From Leptospira sp. (lineage in GTDB: Bacteria; Spirochaetota; Leptospiria; Leptospirales; Leptospiraceae): a stretch of DNA of 64,000 nucleotides. Made by a program: the position numbers and the translations under genes. Shown piece by piece: positions 41,289 through 52,104 of this stretch. The first letter of the stretch is position 1, and every line of letters begins with the position of its first letter. Under the pieces are notes generated by a model. The model saw only the letters and a list, made by a program, of their open reading frames with translations, was not told the DNA's origin and searched no databases. The DNA is taken from the NCBI GenBank assembly GCA_034439575.1, contig JAWXAQ010000030.1, positions 218,475 through 282,474 on the forward strand. Direction: 5' to 3'.

Positions 41289-42416
41289 TTAATTCCCTTT
41301 TCGGTAGACAACCTCCACCAAAGGGATGGATAATTCCAAGTCTTGGCCCTCCCTCAATATCTTCAACCGTAAGACTCCGCCAAGTCCGACAAGACCCACT
41401 TGTTCGCGGAGGTCGTTGATATTTCGCACAATCACTCCATTGGCGGATTGGATAAAGTCGTATCGCCGAAGTCCCCCTCTATCCGAAGAAGACCCAGGTT
41501 CAATATCATAAACAAGTACACCAATGAGCTGTTTGGGAATGCCGAGGGATTTTCTATGATCAGGCAGGGGAATCGTCGCCATAACTCCGAGAGTGGCCGG
41601 TCGAATATTTTGCCCTACGTTTTGTTCAATTTGACGAAGAACCTTTTTTACATAATTGATCGGAATGGCAAAACCTATGCCCGCACTAGCCCCAGTTCCC
41701 GAGCGAATCATACGGTTGATTCCGATAACTTCGCCATAGATGTTTAGAAGCGGTCCCCCACTCGACCCAGGATTAATCGTAGTATCGGTCTGGATGTGAG
41801 TCTGTCCCGTTTCATCCAAGTCTTCTCTGGACTTCGTCGAGACAACACCAACAGTGAATGTCTTCTCCAATCCATAAGGAGAGCCTACAGCGATGGCCCA
41901 ATCCCCAACTTCGATCTCGTCTGAGTTCCCTAAAAACGCAGGAATAAATTTATCATCACTAGGGATTTTTAAAAGGGCAATGTCTGCTCGTTCATGACTG
42001 CCAATATATCTCGCAGGAAAAATTTTTCCATCTGGCATGATGATTTCTATAATCTCAGCATTTTTTATGACATGATAATTTGTGACGACAAAGCCCCTTT
42101 CATCTATAACAAATCCACTACCCAATGATGAAAGTCTTTCGTCTCGCCTATCGCCAAACGCATAGGGATGGAATAACATTTCTGTTTTTTTTGTGCGGAT
42201 AGATACGACAAATTCTTGTGCAACTTTGTAAACACCGCGAAAACTATTTTGAATTTGAATGGCTTGGTTTTGTTTGCTTGCAGATATGGGTTTCGGAACT
42301 GCAAATAATTTTGTAACAGAAGATCTGATCTCAGGAAAAAAAATAATAAACAGAAGAAAGAAAACCAAGCCAAAGTTAAGGTAGACGACTGTGGGAATTG
42401 AATATTTTCTTTCCAT
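41289..42416 (-). CDS. htrA: HtrA/DegP-family serine protease with one PDZ domain
   Basis: TM anchor; LGSGF, TNYHV, DIALLK, INPGSSGGPL; C-terminal PDZ. Confidence 0.9.
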   Translation of the reverse strand: MERKYSIPTVVYLNFGLVFFLLFIIFFPEIRSSVTKLFAVPKPISASKQNQAIQIQNSFRGVYKVAQEFVVSIRTKKTEMLFHPYAFGDRRDERLSSLGSGFVIDERGFVVTNYHVIKNAEIIEIIMPDGKIFPARYIGSHERADIALLKIPSDDKFIPAFLGNSDEIEVGDWAIAVGSPYGLEKTFTVGVVSTKSREDLDETGQTHIQTDTTINPGSSGGPLLNIYGEVIGINRMIRSGTGASAGIGFAIPINYVKKVLRQIEQNVGQNIRPATLGVMATIPLPDHRKSLGIPKQLIGVLVYDIEPGSSSDRGGLRRYDFIQSANGVIVRNINDLREQVGLVGLGGVLRLKILREGQDLELSIPLVEVVYRKGN

Positions 42417-42419
42417 AGA

Positions 42420-43499
42420 ATGCTGAAATCACCTCCATTTTCGTTTGCGAGTTTACTTTGTCGAATCAAAAAGCAATACTTGATGCTGCCAATGATGTAT
42501 TTCACTTTTAACGGATGTATTCCGTATTTATTTCATGTAGGAAGTGAACAAGGAAGAATTCTTTGGCATCGTGAAAAAATCGATACAATCATAAAAAATG
42601 AAACTTTGGATACCGAAGGAATTCAAAAATTAAAATTAATCCAGAAAGCACGCGAATTTAGTATCTCCAAACTTGCATTAAATGAAAAAGGAGGATTTGA
42701 ATATTTTACAAAATTGGATCGGGAAGAAATCGGATGGAATGTAAGTGCTTGTGAACAACTTGCATTTAAATCCTATACATGGTGGTTTCCTATTGCTGGA
42801 ACAGTTCCCTACAAAGGCTATTTTGATAAAAGCTTAGCCATCGAAGAAGAAAATAATCTGAAATCCAAAGGTTATGATACTCGCGTACGTGCAATTGGTG
42901 GTTATTCAACGTTAGGTTGGTTTTCAGATCCTGTCCTTTCACCACAATTAAAATGGGAAAATTTTAGATTAGTCGGTTTAGTCATTCATGAAATGGCACA
43001 TGCGACTGCATATTTGCCGGGTGACAGTAATTTAAATGAATCTTACGCCAGTTTTGTGGAAGAGAAAGGAATGGAGATGTATTATGAATTGTTAGAAGGA
43101 AAAAATAGTAAAACATTACAAGAAGCTAAAAAATCAAAATCGCGCAGAAAAGAAATTTTTTCCATCTTGAAAAAACACGCGAATCTATTAGAATTATTGT
43201 ATAATTCAAACCAAACCAAAGAAGAAAAGTTATTTCAAAAACAAAAAATCATTTCTGAATTTAAAGAAGAAATTTTAAAATTGAAAATCATTCCCGAAGA
43301 TAAAATGAATGAATTTCGCAAACGTGAATGGAATAACGAAGACTTCTTAGGTGTTTTGCGGTATCATTCGGGTTCTGAAGAATTTGAATTATTATTTCAA
43401 AAATCAGACAGGGATTTTAAAACCTTCCACATGGAAGTTAAAAAAATATTTTCATTACCAACAGAAGAGAGAAAAAAAATTCTCAACCTACCAGATTAA
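42420..43499 (+). CDS. Predicted zinc aminopeptidase, probable lipoprotein
   Basis: WWFPIAGTVPYKGYF, YSTLGWFSDP, IHEMAH, NESYASFVE; possible lipobox FNGC. Confidence 0.85.
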   Translation: MLKSPPFSFASLLCRIKKQYLMLPMMYFTFNGCIPYLFHVGSEQGRILWHREKIDTIIKNETLDTEGIQKLKLIQKAREFSISKLALNEKGGFEYFTKLDREEIGWNVSACEQLAFKSYTWWFPIAGTVPYKGYFDKSLAIEEENNLKSKGYDTRVRAIGGYSTLGWFSDPVLSPQLKWENFRLVGLVIHEMAHATAYLPGDSNLNESYASFVEEKGMEMYYELLEGKNSKTLQEAKKSKSRRKEIFSILKKHANLLELLYNSNQTKEEKLFQKQKIISEFKEEILKLKIIPEDKMNEFRKREWNNEDFLGVLRYHSGSEEFELLFQKSDRDFKTFHMEVKKIFSLPTEERKKILNLPD

Positions 43500-43537
43500 C
43501 ACATTGAAAATTATACTTATCATCGAACGATTAAATT

Positions 43538-46500
43538 TTAATCGTCGGTGATTAGCGCAGATGTATAAAGTCTATACCCAGTCCAATACAGATCTTCTGG
43601 TGCTTCATTCCTTGCAGCCTCTTTCGCCTCATCCATTCTTAAATGAATGGGTTTATCCGATTCGAATTTTTCAAAAAACTTTTTTATAAATTTGATATTG
43701 TGGGTACCAGGTTGAATGCCTGAATGCAAGACAAACAATCCATCCAAGTTTTTTCCCAAGAAATAACCGGCAGCCGAATAATCATTCGAATAATAAGTTG
43801 ATTCACCTAGTCTATTGTTTGAAAACAAAGTGAACAATTTTTTACTTAGTAAGCCTTCTTTTGCAAGGGGAAAATTTCCATATTGAACTAGGTTTTTCTC
43901 CGAAAGATAAATTTGAGTATCATCAATTAAAAAATCTGTCTTTTCTTTTTTGGAGCCAAGTTCCCAGGCGATTAAATCCATCATAATTTTTTGATCAGCA
44001 GATACATTTTCTGAGTGATTGTAAATACTCGTAATCTTTTCTTGAAAGTTTATTTTTGATTTTTTAATATTATTATTTTCTAAAAATGATTTTGCAGAAG
44101 ATACAAAGTAATATTCTATATCTGGAAAAACTAAAGGTACTTTAGAATGTATACCTTTGAAATACAGATAATGCCTTTTACCCTTTGTTAAACGAAGCGT
44201 ATTTTTGTATTTATCAGAGATGGCATCCCTCTGCAATGTTTCCATACCACCCGCCTCAACCTCTACCGAATAACGCAGAATATCTTTCGTTAATTCTTTG
44301 TTATCCAAGAACAATTCTTTGCCAGTTGATTTTTTATCACTAAAGCTCAATAAATATGACTTTTTGCCAATGTCCACAATGGCAGAGAATTCTTGACCCT
44401 TGGGCATTTTTTCTTTAAGTCTTTCGCCTAATAAATCAAACTTGGGAAGTGAACTAACGAATACTTTTTCGCCAAGGTAGCGATCCTTATAAGAACGGAA
44501 CAGATCCCTTGCCACAGCAAGGTCAAAAAATACTTCTGAGGAATTTTTCCTTAAGGAGTTATTTAACATATGTAAGAATAGAAATTCAATTTCCATTCTA
44601 TATTGTTCAGATAAATACTCATTCTTTTCATTCTTCATTAGATCATTTAAAAATCCAATGTACAAAGCTGGTGAACTACTCTGAACCTTTGGATAAAGGT
44701 CAGCGATATTTTTTGGAATCGTATGATTGGATGGAAATTCCTTCTGATAAATATAAGCTATTTTGAATTTTAGATTATTGTACTTTTCATCCAAAAATGA
44801 ATTTCCAAAACCTAATTTAGAATAACCTTTCTCAAATAATGATAAATACCGATCAGCATGATCGATGTCACCCCGCAAGAATAAAGTTTCGGCATTTAAT
44901 AATTGAAAAACGAGAATTCTCATAGGCCGATTTTCTCTTTCTTCCTCTTCGATAATCAAATCTATCAAAGAATTAACTTCCGTTTGCTTCTGGAAATCGA
45001 TAGAATTTTTTAATAGTGAAAACATCAAAGTTCGATTTAAATGTGATAATTTTCCGAGGACGGAATCTCCCGTTGTTAAGTATTCTGGCGTTAAGACCAA
45101 TGGATCAAAATAACCTTTCGTTTGTTGCATTTTCCAACTTTGATACAATTTTTTACGGTATTGATCATAAATAGAATCTGCGTAACCATACTTTGTAAAC
45201 TCACGAGAATAAATTTTTTCATCGTATTGTTTCCATAATTTACGAAATCCCAAACTATAAGCAGAAGTTGATGTTAAGGAAGTTAAATGAATCGCCCCAT
45301 CACCGAGTAACATTCCTTTGTGGAAAAGAATTTCCAGTTCCCGATTTTTTGCTGTATTCTTTTCTTTTGGCGATTTTGCGAAACGATAGGATTTTTCTAA
45401 TTCAAGATTTGCTTCTTTCAAAAGATAATTTTGGATATATAAGGTTCCAAGTCGATATGCTTGTAAGAATGGATCTTCATTTTTTTCTAATTCTTTGCGA
45501 GCCAAGTCAAATTCTGACAAATTTGCCACCTGACCAAAACGTAACTTCGCATAAAATTTAGATGCCTTTGAATACAAATCACTTTTTTCACCTATCCACT
45601 GTTCCTTCAAATCTCCACATTCAACATAATTTTTGTCCGAATAACAACTAACAAAAAAATCATATCGAATCTTATTTTGAAACTCCGAATTAGCATATTT
45701 TTTCCATAATGGTTCGAAAAAGATTCTTTTTGGAAAATTGGGAAACAGTTCTACTTTTATTTTTGCAAGTTTTAACTCGAGTTCTGGAAGTTGTGGATCA
45801 GTATTTTCCAATAATGTTGAAGCCGAATAATATTTATCATATGCCTCTTCATAATCTTTATTGCGTTCGAATAAGAAAGCAGACTGAATAAGTTCTTTAG
45901 CTCTTGTTTGTTGATCTATGATTTTTTTATCTGACAACCAATTACCAAAAAGAAATACAGAAGAGTTTTTACTAAATTTTGATAATTCTGGATTTCCAGA
46001 TAACAATTGATTTTCTTGAGATTCTGTAGTATACCCGACTAAATTTTGAATACGTTTCGAACGTAATACTTCGAAAAAATAACCTAACCTAGTCCAATCT
46101 GCAGGCTCAGACAAATTATCAATCCGAATACCGGTAACAGAAATTTCAGAACCAGACGTTGTAAAAATTTCACGGAGTGGTAACATTTCTGAAACTGAAT
46201 CAGAAAACAAACTCCCATTAAACTTTCTTATTTTATTAGAAACTAATACATCTGTATCAAAAATGAGGGGACCAAGATTTTTATCTTTGGCAATTCTAAC
46301 CGTAGATTGAGAATACTCCTTTTCTTTGTCAGAAATGATGGTGCTCCATTTCCAATTACGCTCATTTTTCTCTGCAAATAATTCCAAATGGGATCTATCA
46401 AATATGAAAGTTGCCTCTTTTTCATTTTGAAGAAACATTGCGGAAATTTCTAAAGCCATCTTATGTGAAAAATGATTTCCCAAACTTTGAATATAAAATT

Positions 46501-49500
46501 TGTTTCCTGCAATTCTTTCCAAGCAAGCACTTAACGATTGTTCTATATCACAATTGATTCGATTGAGTTTACCATTTTCAAAATTTAATACAAAATTGAA
46601 ATTTTCACTTGTATAAATACCAAGCCAGCCATTGACAAAATTATTATATTTTGTTCTAAAAGGTTGGATAAAAGCAGACCTTTGTTCGGTAACGGAATTT
46701 ATTTTAGTTAAAACTTCTGGGAATTTTTTAAGTTCTTTTTCTTGGCTTTTCAGAATGTTTGCTAAATTTTCACGCCTTTCTGATTTTTGTTCAAGTGCTT
46801 GTTTTAAAATTTTATAATTCTTTACCCACACAAGAACATCAGAATATGCTAAATTTACTTTAGAATCTTCGAATTCAAATTGTGCGCCGATCATTTCGCG
46901 AAAAAGATCGATACTTCTTCTTTCTTCCCAAAGAGAAGGTATTTCAGAAATGTTTTGATTTTTAATATAATAATTTGTAATAGTATTTGCAAATTTATCC
47001 AATCTCAATCTTGGAGCATAAAGTCTTATTTCGGGCTTTGTCGTCCAAGAGGACATCAGACTTTCAAAAGTATTTTTTATTTCCGAGGAATTTTCTTTAG
47101 AAGAATTAGATGAATCATCCAATGCATTTTGCAATTTCAAATGAGTCAACCAAAACGATTCTTCGTCTAATCGAAATTCATATACCAATTCATTTGCTTC
47201 TTTCCATTTCTTCTGATAAAGATCAATATCACCTAATCTATGATAAATAACAGATAAATTATATAATATTCTAATTCTTTCCTTTCTTCTTAAAGGATCT
47301 GAAGATAAGCCCACTTCACGAGGGTCAATTTCACCTGGATTTTCTAAAAGTTCGGCAGCATTTGCGTAATTTAATTGAGCCTCTTCAGGTGAAATATTTC
47401 TTTTATACTCCCCTAAATAAAAATATGCAATGGCTTTAATTATATCGTATCGAATATTTGATTGTCTAAATTTTAAATCACATAGTAGATCATTACAATT
47501 TCCTAATACTGATTTTTTCCAATCTTCAAGTTCAATAAGTAACTCATTTAACTTTCCAACGGCTAATTCGGGATTTGATTGAGTTGTTTCTATAAGTGAA
47601 AAAACAGAAGCCGCATAGCGAGCGATAGCTTTATCCTTTGATTCTTTGTTCGCTCCTTTGATTACCATTTTTACAAGATTTTCAAAAGATTCTAATGCTC
47701 TGAGTGGCTCTTTATTTTCGTAATGAATTTGAGCTTCAATTTGTTTTGATTTTGCAAGTATACTTGCACCCATTATCGTTTTATCTAATGATCTATCTTT
47801 TATAAATTCATTTCTTTTATTTAGTTTATCAAGTGCTAAACCAAATTCTCTTTGTTCAATATGATTTTCAATTCCAATTCCCAGTGTAAGTAAATGTTTA
47901 AAATCATTTGGAAATTCTCCTGGGAATCTTCCTTCTCCAATCACGCGCACATCATTCGATAAAATTAAATTCCAAAAAGACCAAGATCGTAATTTAGCAA
48001 AAAAACCTGTTTTTAATTTTTCATATTCCAAATTTGCATAAGACAACATTTCATAAGAATCACGAAATCTTCCTGATTTCTGGAATGCTATGGCCAAATA
48101 ATTATAAAGATTAATCGGATTTATAAAATCAATTTGTTTATTATATGCAATAGCCGTTTGAAACGATTCAACGGCGTTCAGATAGTTTTGACTCTCTAAT
48201 TCAGATAAACCCTTTAATGAAAACAATAATGCCAACTTTGATCTAACGTTAATTAATCGATCACGGTTGATCTGATTATCATCAGAAGTTTTGGCATTTA
48301 CGGCTTGGTAATATTCATTTTTGAAATATATATCGATTGAGATATTAAATTGTTCGATAGCTTGTTTGTACTGGCTTTGGTAAATGAGGGATCTACCATA
48401 ATTGTATCTAAATACTGCTTCCTGCCTATAATTCTCAAATTGATTCTTTGATAATAATAATTTTGAATTTGATTCTACTTTCGAATAACATTCATTTGCT
48501 TTTGGGTAATTGTTTAATAAAAAATAATTATTCCCAAGATTTAGATTTAAATCTGAAACCACTTTCGGATCAGAATTTTTTTCGCCCAAAAACACGAGTA
48601 TCTGTGAATATAATTCTACATTTTCTTCTAAATTTTTCTCAGGAAAAAATCTTTTATAAAGTGAAGCGTATTTTTCTTCATCCGTTTCTGAGTCTGATGA
48701 TTTTTTACGTAACTTTAATAAATCAACGTATTGATAAAGCCAACCTAATAATTGATATGCGTCGTGATAAGTTGGATCTGCAAAAATTATCCATTTCAAT
48801 TCCCATTCTGCTTTTTTGAAATTTTCTAATATTTCTTTTTTTCGAGCATCAGTCATCGTATCTGTTGCATAATAGTAAGATTCATAAATTACATATTTAT
48901 TTATTAAAAAATACGCATAACCATAGAGTGTGGCTAAATCCAAATGTGGTCTGGCACGCGGAACTGCTTGTTTATAATATAACTCGGTCCATCGAAGTGC
49001 TTCACTTGAAAGAACCTCGATCTGTTCCAAATCTTTTAAATCGACAATGCTTCTCAAATATTTATTGTCCGTTACTATAGAAGTCGCATCAGAAATATTT
49101 CCGATTATATTGAGTTTATCTTTTCCTAAAATGTTGATTTGATTCAGAAGAGCTTTCTCTTCTTCTTCTCTTAATTTTTTTCCATAATTAAATATGGTAT
49201 CGACCATCTTTCTCTGATAATAGACCGCATACTCTTTGTAAAGCGTATCCAAATACAAATTTCTAGTTTTAACTAAAAACATATTTTGATTATTAAAAAA
49301 GTAATGAAATGATGATTGAAGCAAATTACCAGTTCTTTCAAATTCCAATGCTTTGTTTTCAAAATAAAAAAAAGCGTTTTCTATTTCTGTTGCCTTTAGA
49401 TCTACTCCTAATGTTGGATCATAGAATTCTAAATAAATTTTCATATTGCGAAGAGCATCAGAAGTATTTCCCGTGACCTTCTGATTTTGGTATTTTAGTA

Positions 49501-51496
49501 AATTAGCTCTTAGTAATATAGGATTTTTGTAAGCTGATTGAAATTGTACAATTTCAAACACAGATGGTTTGCCTGGCGGCTCAAGATCAATGTTTGTGGG
49601 AATCGGAATCACTGCATCCAAAATCGCATTTGACTCAGGGAAATTACGCATTTCGCTGTAAGCTTTCGCCTTTAGAAAATTTAAAAGCTGATAAAACAGT
49701 GCTTCATTTTTATTTTCAGGAATCTCTGCTAATTCTTCACACCAACGGACAATTTCCTCGGCTTTACGATTCTCTTCAATTTTGATAATTAAATCATCAA
49801 CTACATAGCGAAGATCACGTTTGATATCCAAATTAAATGGCCTTGAAGGGTTATTGATAAATTGATTTGATTCTAATTTCCAATTGGAAATTATCTCTTT
49901 ATACACATTAGGCAAAGTTTTAGAATTTGAAGCGAATTCATAACCACCTAACCTACGTTTCATTTCAGAAGCTTGGTGGTATTTTGGAAATTTTGATGTA
50001 ATTTCTCTTAAATAATTGGCAGTTTTGATTAAATCTTTTGTATTTTCATAATCATCAATTAAGATGTGTATTAAACTAGGGATGGTATCTATACTAACAT
50101 TTGTTTCATCCAATTTATGAATAAAGGAATCCAATTCATTGTTTCTTAAATTTTTATTTCCGCTTATCCATTTTCCAAGGCCAATTTCATATGCCGAATA
50201 TGGATTTATCGACTGATTTGTCATTTGTTGGATTATTTTCTTTGCATCTGAACTTCGACCCAATTTTTCAAAAGCGGCTATTTTCAATGCTTTGGTTTTA
50301 GCAAGATAAATTGGATATAAAGGATCTTCTGAAAAAAACAACTCGATGGAATCAAGACCAAGAAGATACGATTCTATGTTCTGGTTTTCTTGAAAAATTT
50401 TTGCATATTGGTATTGTTCTGCGATACTTTCTTGTTTTGGTATCGAACCACTTTCAGGAATAAAATAAATATTGATAGAATTGTAAAATGGTGCAGAGAA
50501 TAAAATAGAACCACCATTAAATGCAGAGTATCTAATATCAAAATAAGATGCTTCACCAGAAGAAAGGACTCTTTCCTTTCCGGTTAACAAATTTCGCATG
50601 ATAAGAAAATTTGTATCTCTCTCATCCAAAAGTCCATTTGCATTTGTATCTTTACGAATCGAAGAATAATATAGAAATATTCCTTTACTATCAACTGTAG
50701 GAGTAAAATCCAAAAAAGTATCTTCAGTTATACGAGAAGTAACTTTTGAAATCAAATCCAATTGATAAATTTCCCCACGTTTTTCATCTTTGTATGATAC
50801 AAAAAATACTTTGTCACCATTCTTTGAGAAGGATGGATTTACTGCTCCGTCTGTTGTTAGTTGACGAATGTCATTAGGTTTTTTTGGATCTATAAAGGCT
50901 AAATTAGGCAAACCTGGAGAAAATTTATCAGTCACGAATAAAATAAATTTCCCATCAGGAGACCAAACCGGATCCGTATCAATGACACGCTGCTTAGAAC
51001 TTTTTTTGATAGCCTCAGGATTCGTTAGATTGAATGTTTCCGTTTCTATAAATCGATTCCCGGCGAGTAATTCTTCGACCCATTCATCGATATTCATTTC
51101 TAAAAGTACTAAGTCTCCTTCCGAATCATATTCTTCAGAAACAAAAACTAAATACTTACCATCTGGCGAAATTGCAGGTTTTGATTCAGAAAAGGAATTC
51201 ATGGTCACAGGAACCACAATTGAACTCTGTAAATCACGAAACCATATATCATAATTGCCATTTTGATCCGTGGTATAAAATAGATACCTTCCATCTGCCG
51301 TTGTGGAACTAAATAAGTTATTTCCTCTTTGAACTGTTAGTGGGAAGGGCTTAGATTGATTAGGCGAAAAATAATTATTAGCGATCGCTTTGTAATCAAA
51401 CGTTACTGGTGAAATTTTCACCGATCTTTGCAAAAGCGTACATTGAACTAAAAGTATGATGGATAGAAAAAATAAATAATTAAATTTTCCGATCAT
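43538..51496 (-). CDS. Giant (2652 aa) lipoprotein: TolB-like PD40 beta-propeller, TPR arrays and two degenerate CHAT-like domains
   Basis: Lipobox LLVQC; PAISPDGKYLVF, PVWSPDGKFI and PSFSKNG repeats; TPRs (LNLGNNYF, YNYGRSL, YNYLAIAF); C-terminal YWTGYRLY. Confidence 0.8.
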   Translation of the reverse strand: MIGKFNYLFFLSIILLVQCTLLQRSVKISPVTFDYKAIANNYFSPNQSKPFPLTVQRGNNLFSSTTADGRYLFYTTDQNGNYDIWFRDLQSSIVVPVTMNSFSESKPAISPDGKYLVFVSEEYDSEGDLVLLEMNIDEWVEELLAGNRFIETETFNLTNPEAIKKSSKQRVIDTDPVWSPDGKFILFVTDKFSPGLPNLAFIDPKKPNDIRQLTTDGAVNPSFSKNGDKVFFVSYKDEKRGEIYQLDLISKVTSRITEDTFLDFTPTVDSKGIFLYYSSIRKDTNANGLLDERDTNFLIMRNLLTGKERVLSSGEASYFDIRYSAFNGGSILFSAPFYNSINIYFIPESGSIPKQESIAEQYQYAKIFQENQNIESYLLGLDSIELFFSEDPLYPIYLAKTKALKIAAFEKLGRSSDAKKIIQQMTNQSINPYSAYEIGLGKWISGNKNLRNNELDSFIHKLDETNVSIDTIPSLIHILIDDYENTKDLIKTANYLREITSKFPKYHQASEMKRRLGGYEFASNSKTLPNVYKEIISNWKLESNQFINNPSRPFNLDIKRDLRYVVDDLIIKIEENRKAEEIVRWCEELAEIPENKNEALFYQLLNFLKAKAYSEMRNFPESNAILDAVIPIPTNIDLEPPGKPSVFEIVQFQSAYKNPILLRANLLKYQNQKVTGNTSDALRNMKIYLEFYDPTLGVDLKATEIENAFFYFENKALEFERTGNLLQSSFHYFFNNQNMFLVKTRNLYLDTLYKEYAVYYQRKMVDTIFNYGKKLREEEEKALLNQINILGKDKLNIIGNISDATSIVTDNKYLRSIVDLKDLEQIEVLSSEALRWTELYYKQAVPRARPHLDLATLYGYAYFLINKYVIYESYYYATDTMTDARKKEILENFKKAEWELKWIIFADPTYHDAYQLLGWLYQYVDLLKLRKKSSDSETDEEKYASLYKRFFPEKNLEENVELYSQILVFLGEKNSDPKVVSDLNLNLGNNYFLLNNYPKANECYSKVESNSKLLLSKNQFENYRQEAVFRYNYGRSLIYQSQYKQAIEQFNISIDIYFKNEYYQAVNAKTSDDNQINRDRLINVRSKLALLFSLKGLSELESQNYLNAVESFQTAIAYNKQIDFINPINLYNYLAIAFQKSGRFRDSYEMLSYANLEYEKLKTGFFAKLRSWSFWNLILSNDVRVIGEGRFPGEFPNDFKHLLTLGIGIENHIEQREFGLALDKLNKRNEFIKDRSLDKTIMGASILAKSKQIEAQIHYENKEPLRALESFENLVKMVIKGANKESKDKAIARYAASVFSLIETTQSNPELAVGKLNELLIELEDWKKSVLGNCNDLLCDLKFRQSNIRYDIIKAIAYFYLGEYKRNISPEEAQLNYANAAELLENPGEIDPREVGLSSDPLRRKERIRILYNLSVIYHRLGDIDLYQKKWKEANELVYEFRLDEESFWLTHLKLQNALDDSSNSSKENSSEIKNTFESLMSSWTTKPEIRLYAPRLRLDKFANTITNYYIKNQNISEIPSLWEERRSIDLFREMIGAQFEFEDSKVNLAYSDVLVWVKNYKILKQALEQKSERRENLANILKSQEKELKKFPEVLTKINSVTEQRSAFIQPFRTKYNNFVNGWLGIYTSENFNFVLNFENGKLNRINCDIEQSLSACLERIAGNKFYIQSLGNHFSHKMALEISAMFLQNEKEATFIFDRSHLELFAEKNERNWKWSTIISDKEKEYSQSTVRIAKDKNLGPLIFDTDVLVSNKIRKFNGSLFSDSVSEMLPLREIFTTSGSEISVTGIRIDNLSEPADWTRLGYFFEVLRSKRIQNLVGYTTESQENQLLSGNPELSKFSKNSSVFLFGNWLSDKKIIDQQTRAKELIQSAFLFERNKDYEEAYDKYYSASTLLENTDPQLPELELKLAKIKVELFPNFPKRIFFEPLWKKYANSEFQNKIRYDFFVSCYSDKNYVECGDLKEQWIGEKSDLYSKASKFYAKLRFGQVANLSEFDLARKELEKNEDPFLQAYRLGTLYIQNYLLKEANLELEKSYRFAKSPKEKNTAKNRELEILFHKGMLLGDGAIHLTSLTSTSAYSLGFRKLWKQYDEKIYSREFTKYGYADSIYDQYRKKLYQSWKMQQTKGYFDPLVLTPEYLTTGDSVLGKLSHLNRTLMFSLLKNSIDFQKQTEVNSLIDLIIEEEERENRPMRILVFQLLNAETLFLRGDIDHADRYLSLFEKGYSKLGFGNSFLDEKYNNLKFKIAYIYQKEFPSNHTIPKNIADLYPKVQSSSPALYIGFLNDLMKNEKNEYLSEQYRMEIEFLFLHMLNNSLRKNSSEVFFDLAVARDLFRSYKDRYLGEKVFVSSLPKFDLLGERLKEKMPKGQEFSAIVDIGKKSYLLSFSDKKSTGKELFLDNKELTKDILRYSVEVEAGGMETLQRDAISDKYKNTLRLTKGKRHYLYFKGIHSKVPLVFPDIEYYFVSSAKSFLENNNIKKSKINFQEKITSIYNHSENVSADQKIMMDLIAWELGSKKEKTDFLIDDTQIYLSEKNLVQYGNFPLAKEGLLSKKLFTLFSNNRLGESTYYSNDYSAAGYFLGKNLDGLFVLHSGIQPGTHNIKFIKKFFEKFESDKPIHLRMDEAKEAARNEAPEDLYWTGYRLYTSALITDD

Positions 51497-52093
51497 TCAC
51501 AATCTCTCCCAATTCCCAGACGATACTTCATAAAACTCACCTTTGGTGACATTTTTCTGATATCCATCGTATAAGCTTTGTTTAATAACTTTGAGTTCTT
51601 CCTCTCTTTTGCCTTTTTTCTTTTCTTGTTCAATTTGCCGTTCGATTACAATTTTTCTAGATTCATTAACTAAACGTACTACATCTTCCACTCGTTTCTT
51701 TCTCGCGGCTGTTTCATATTCTATAAAAAATGGAGATGTATTTGCTAATGGATTTTGTTTTAAAACTCCACCTAAACCTTCACCAATGATACCATGAATT
51801 TTATAACGTTTCACTTCGACTGAAAGATAATTGATTCTTTGAATGTGACCTGAATATTCTGGATCCGTATTATCTGATCCACTCATCGGCTTTGTTTGAT
51901 TACGAGATCCAGAAGAGGATTGGATTGAGGAGACAAGCCATCCATCCTTTTCCAAATCTCGATCTTCACCAACCATTTGTTTTTCGGCGGCCGTTTGAGC
52001 ATTTGTAATAGTGAATGGAGGAACTTTGAAATTGATTAAGGCTTGGCAATTCCAAATGGGAATGATAATAAATAAAATAAGTTTTAATTTCAT
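51497..52093 (-). CDS. Lipoprotein with DUF1318 (YdbL-like) domain and YnbE-like N-terminal beta segment
   Basis: Signal peptide with Cys; YKIHGIIGEGLGGVL, VNESR and GEFYEVSSGNW match the DUF1318 pattern as recalled. Confidence 0.72.
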   Translation of the reverse strand: MKLKLILFIIIPIWNCQALINFKVPPFTITNAQTAAEKQMVGEDRDLEKDGWLVSSIQSSSGSRNQTKPMSGSDNTDPEYSGHIQRINYLSVEVKRYKIHGIIGEGLGGVLKQNPLANTSPFFIEYETAARKKRVEDVVRLVNESRKIVIERQIEQEKKKGKREEELKVIKQSLYDGYQKNVTKGEFYEVSSGNWERL

Positions 52094-52104
52094 TGGATAT
52101 TCCT

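Noticed and set aside
41745-41790. HtrA active-site motif GSSGG instead of GNSGG as a sign of inactivation
   Set aside because: The catalytic His, Asp and Ser are all present; the change is next to the nucleophile, not at it.
43538-51496. Giant TPR-CHAT protein as an anti-phage or Craspase-type effector
   Set aside because: It has a lipoprotein signal, appears to lack the catalytic dyad, and has no cas, gasdermin or other defence neighbours.
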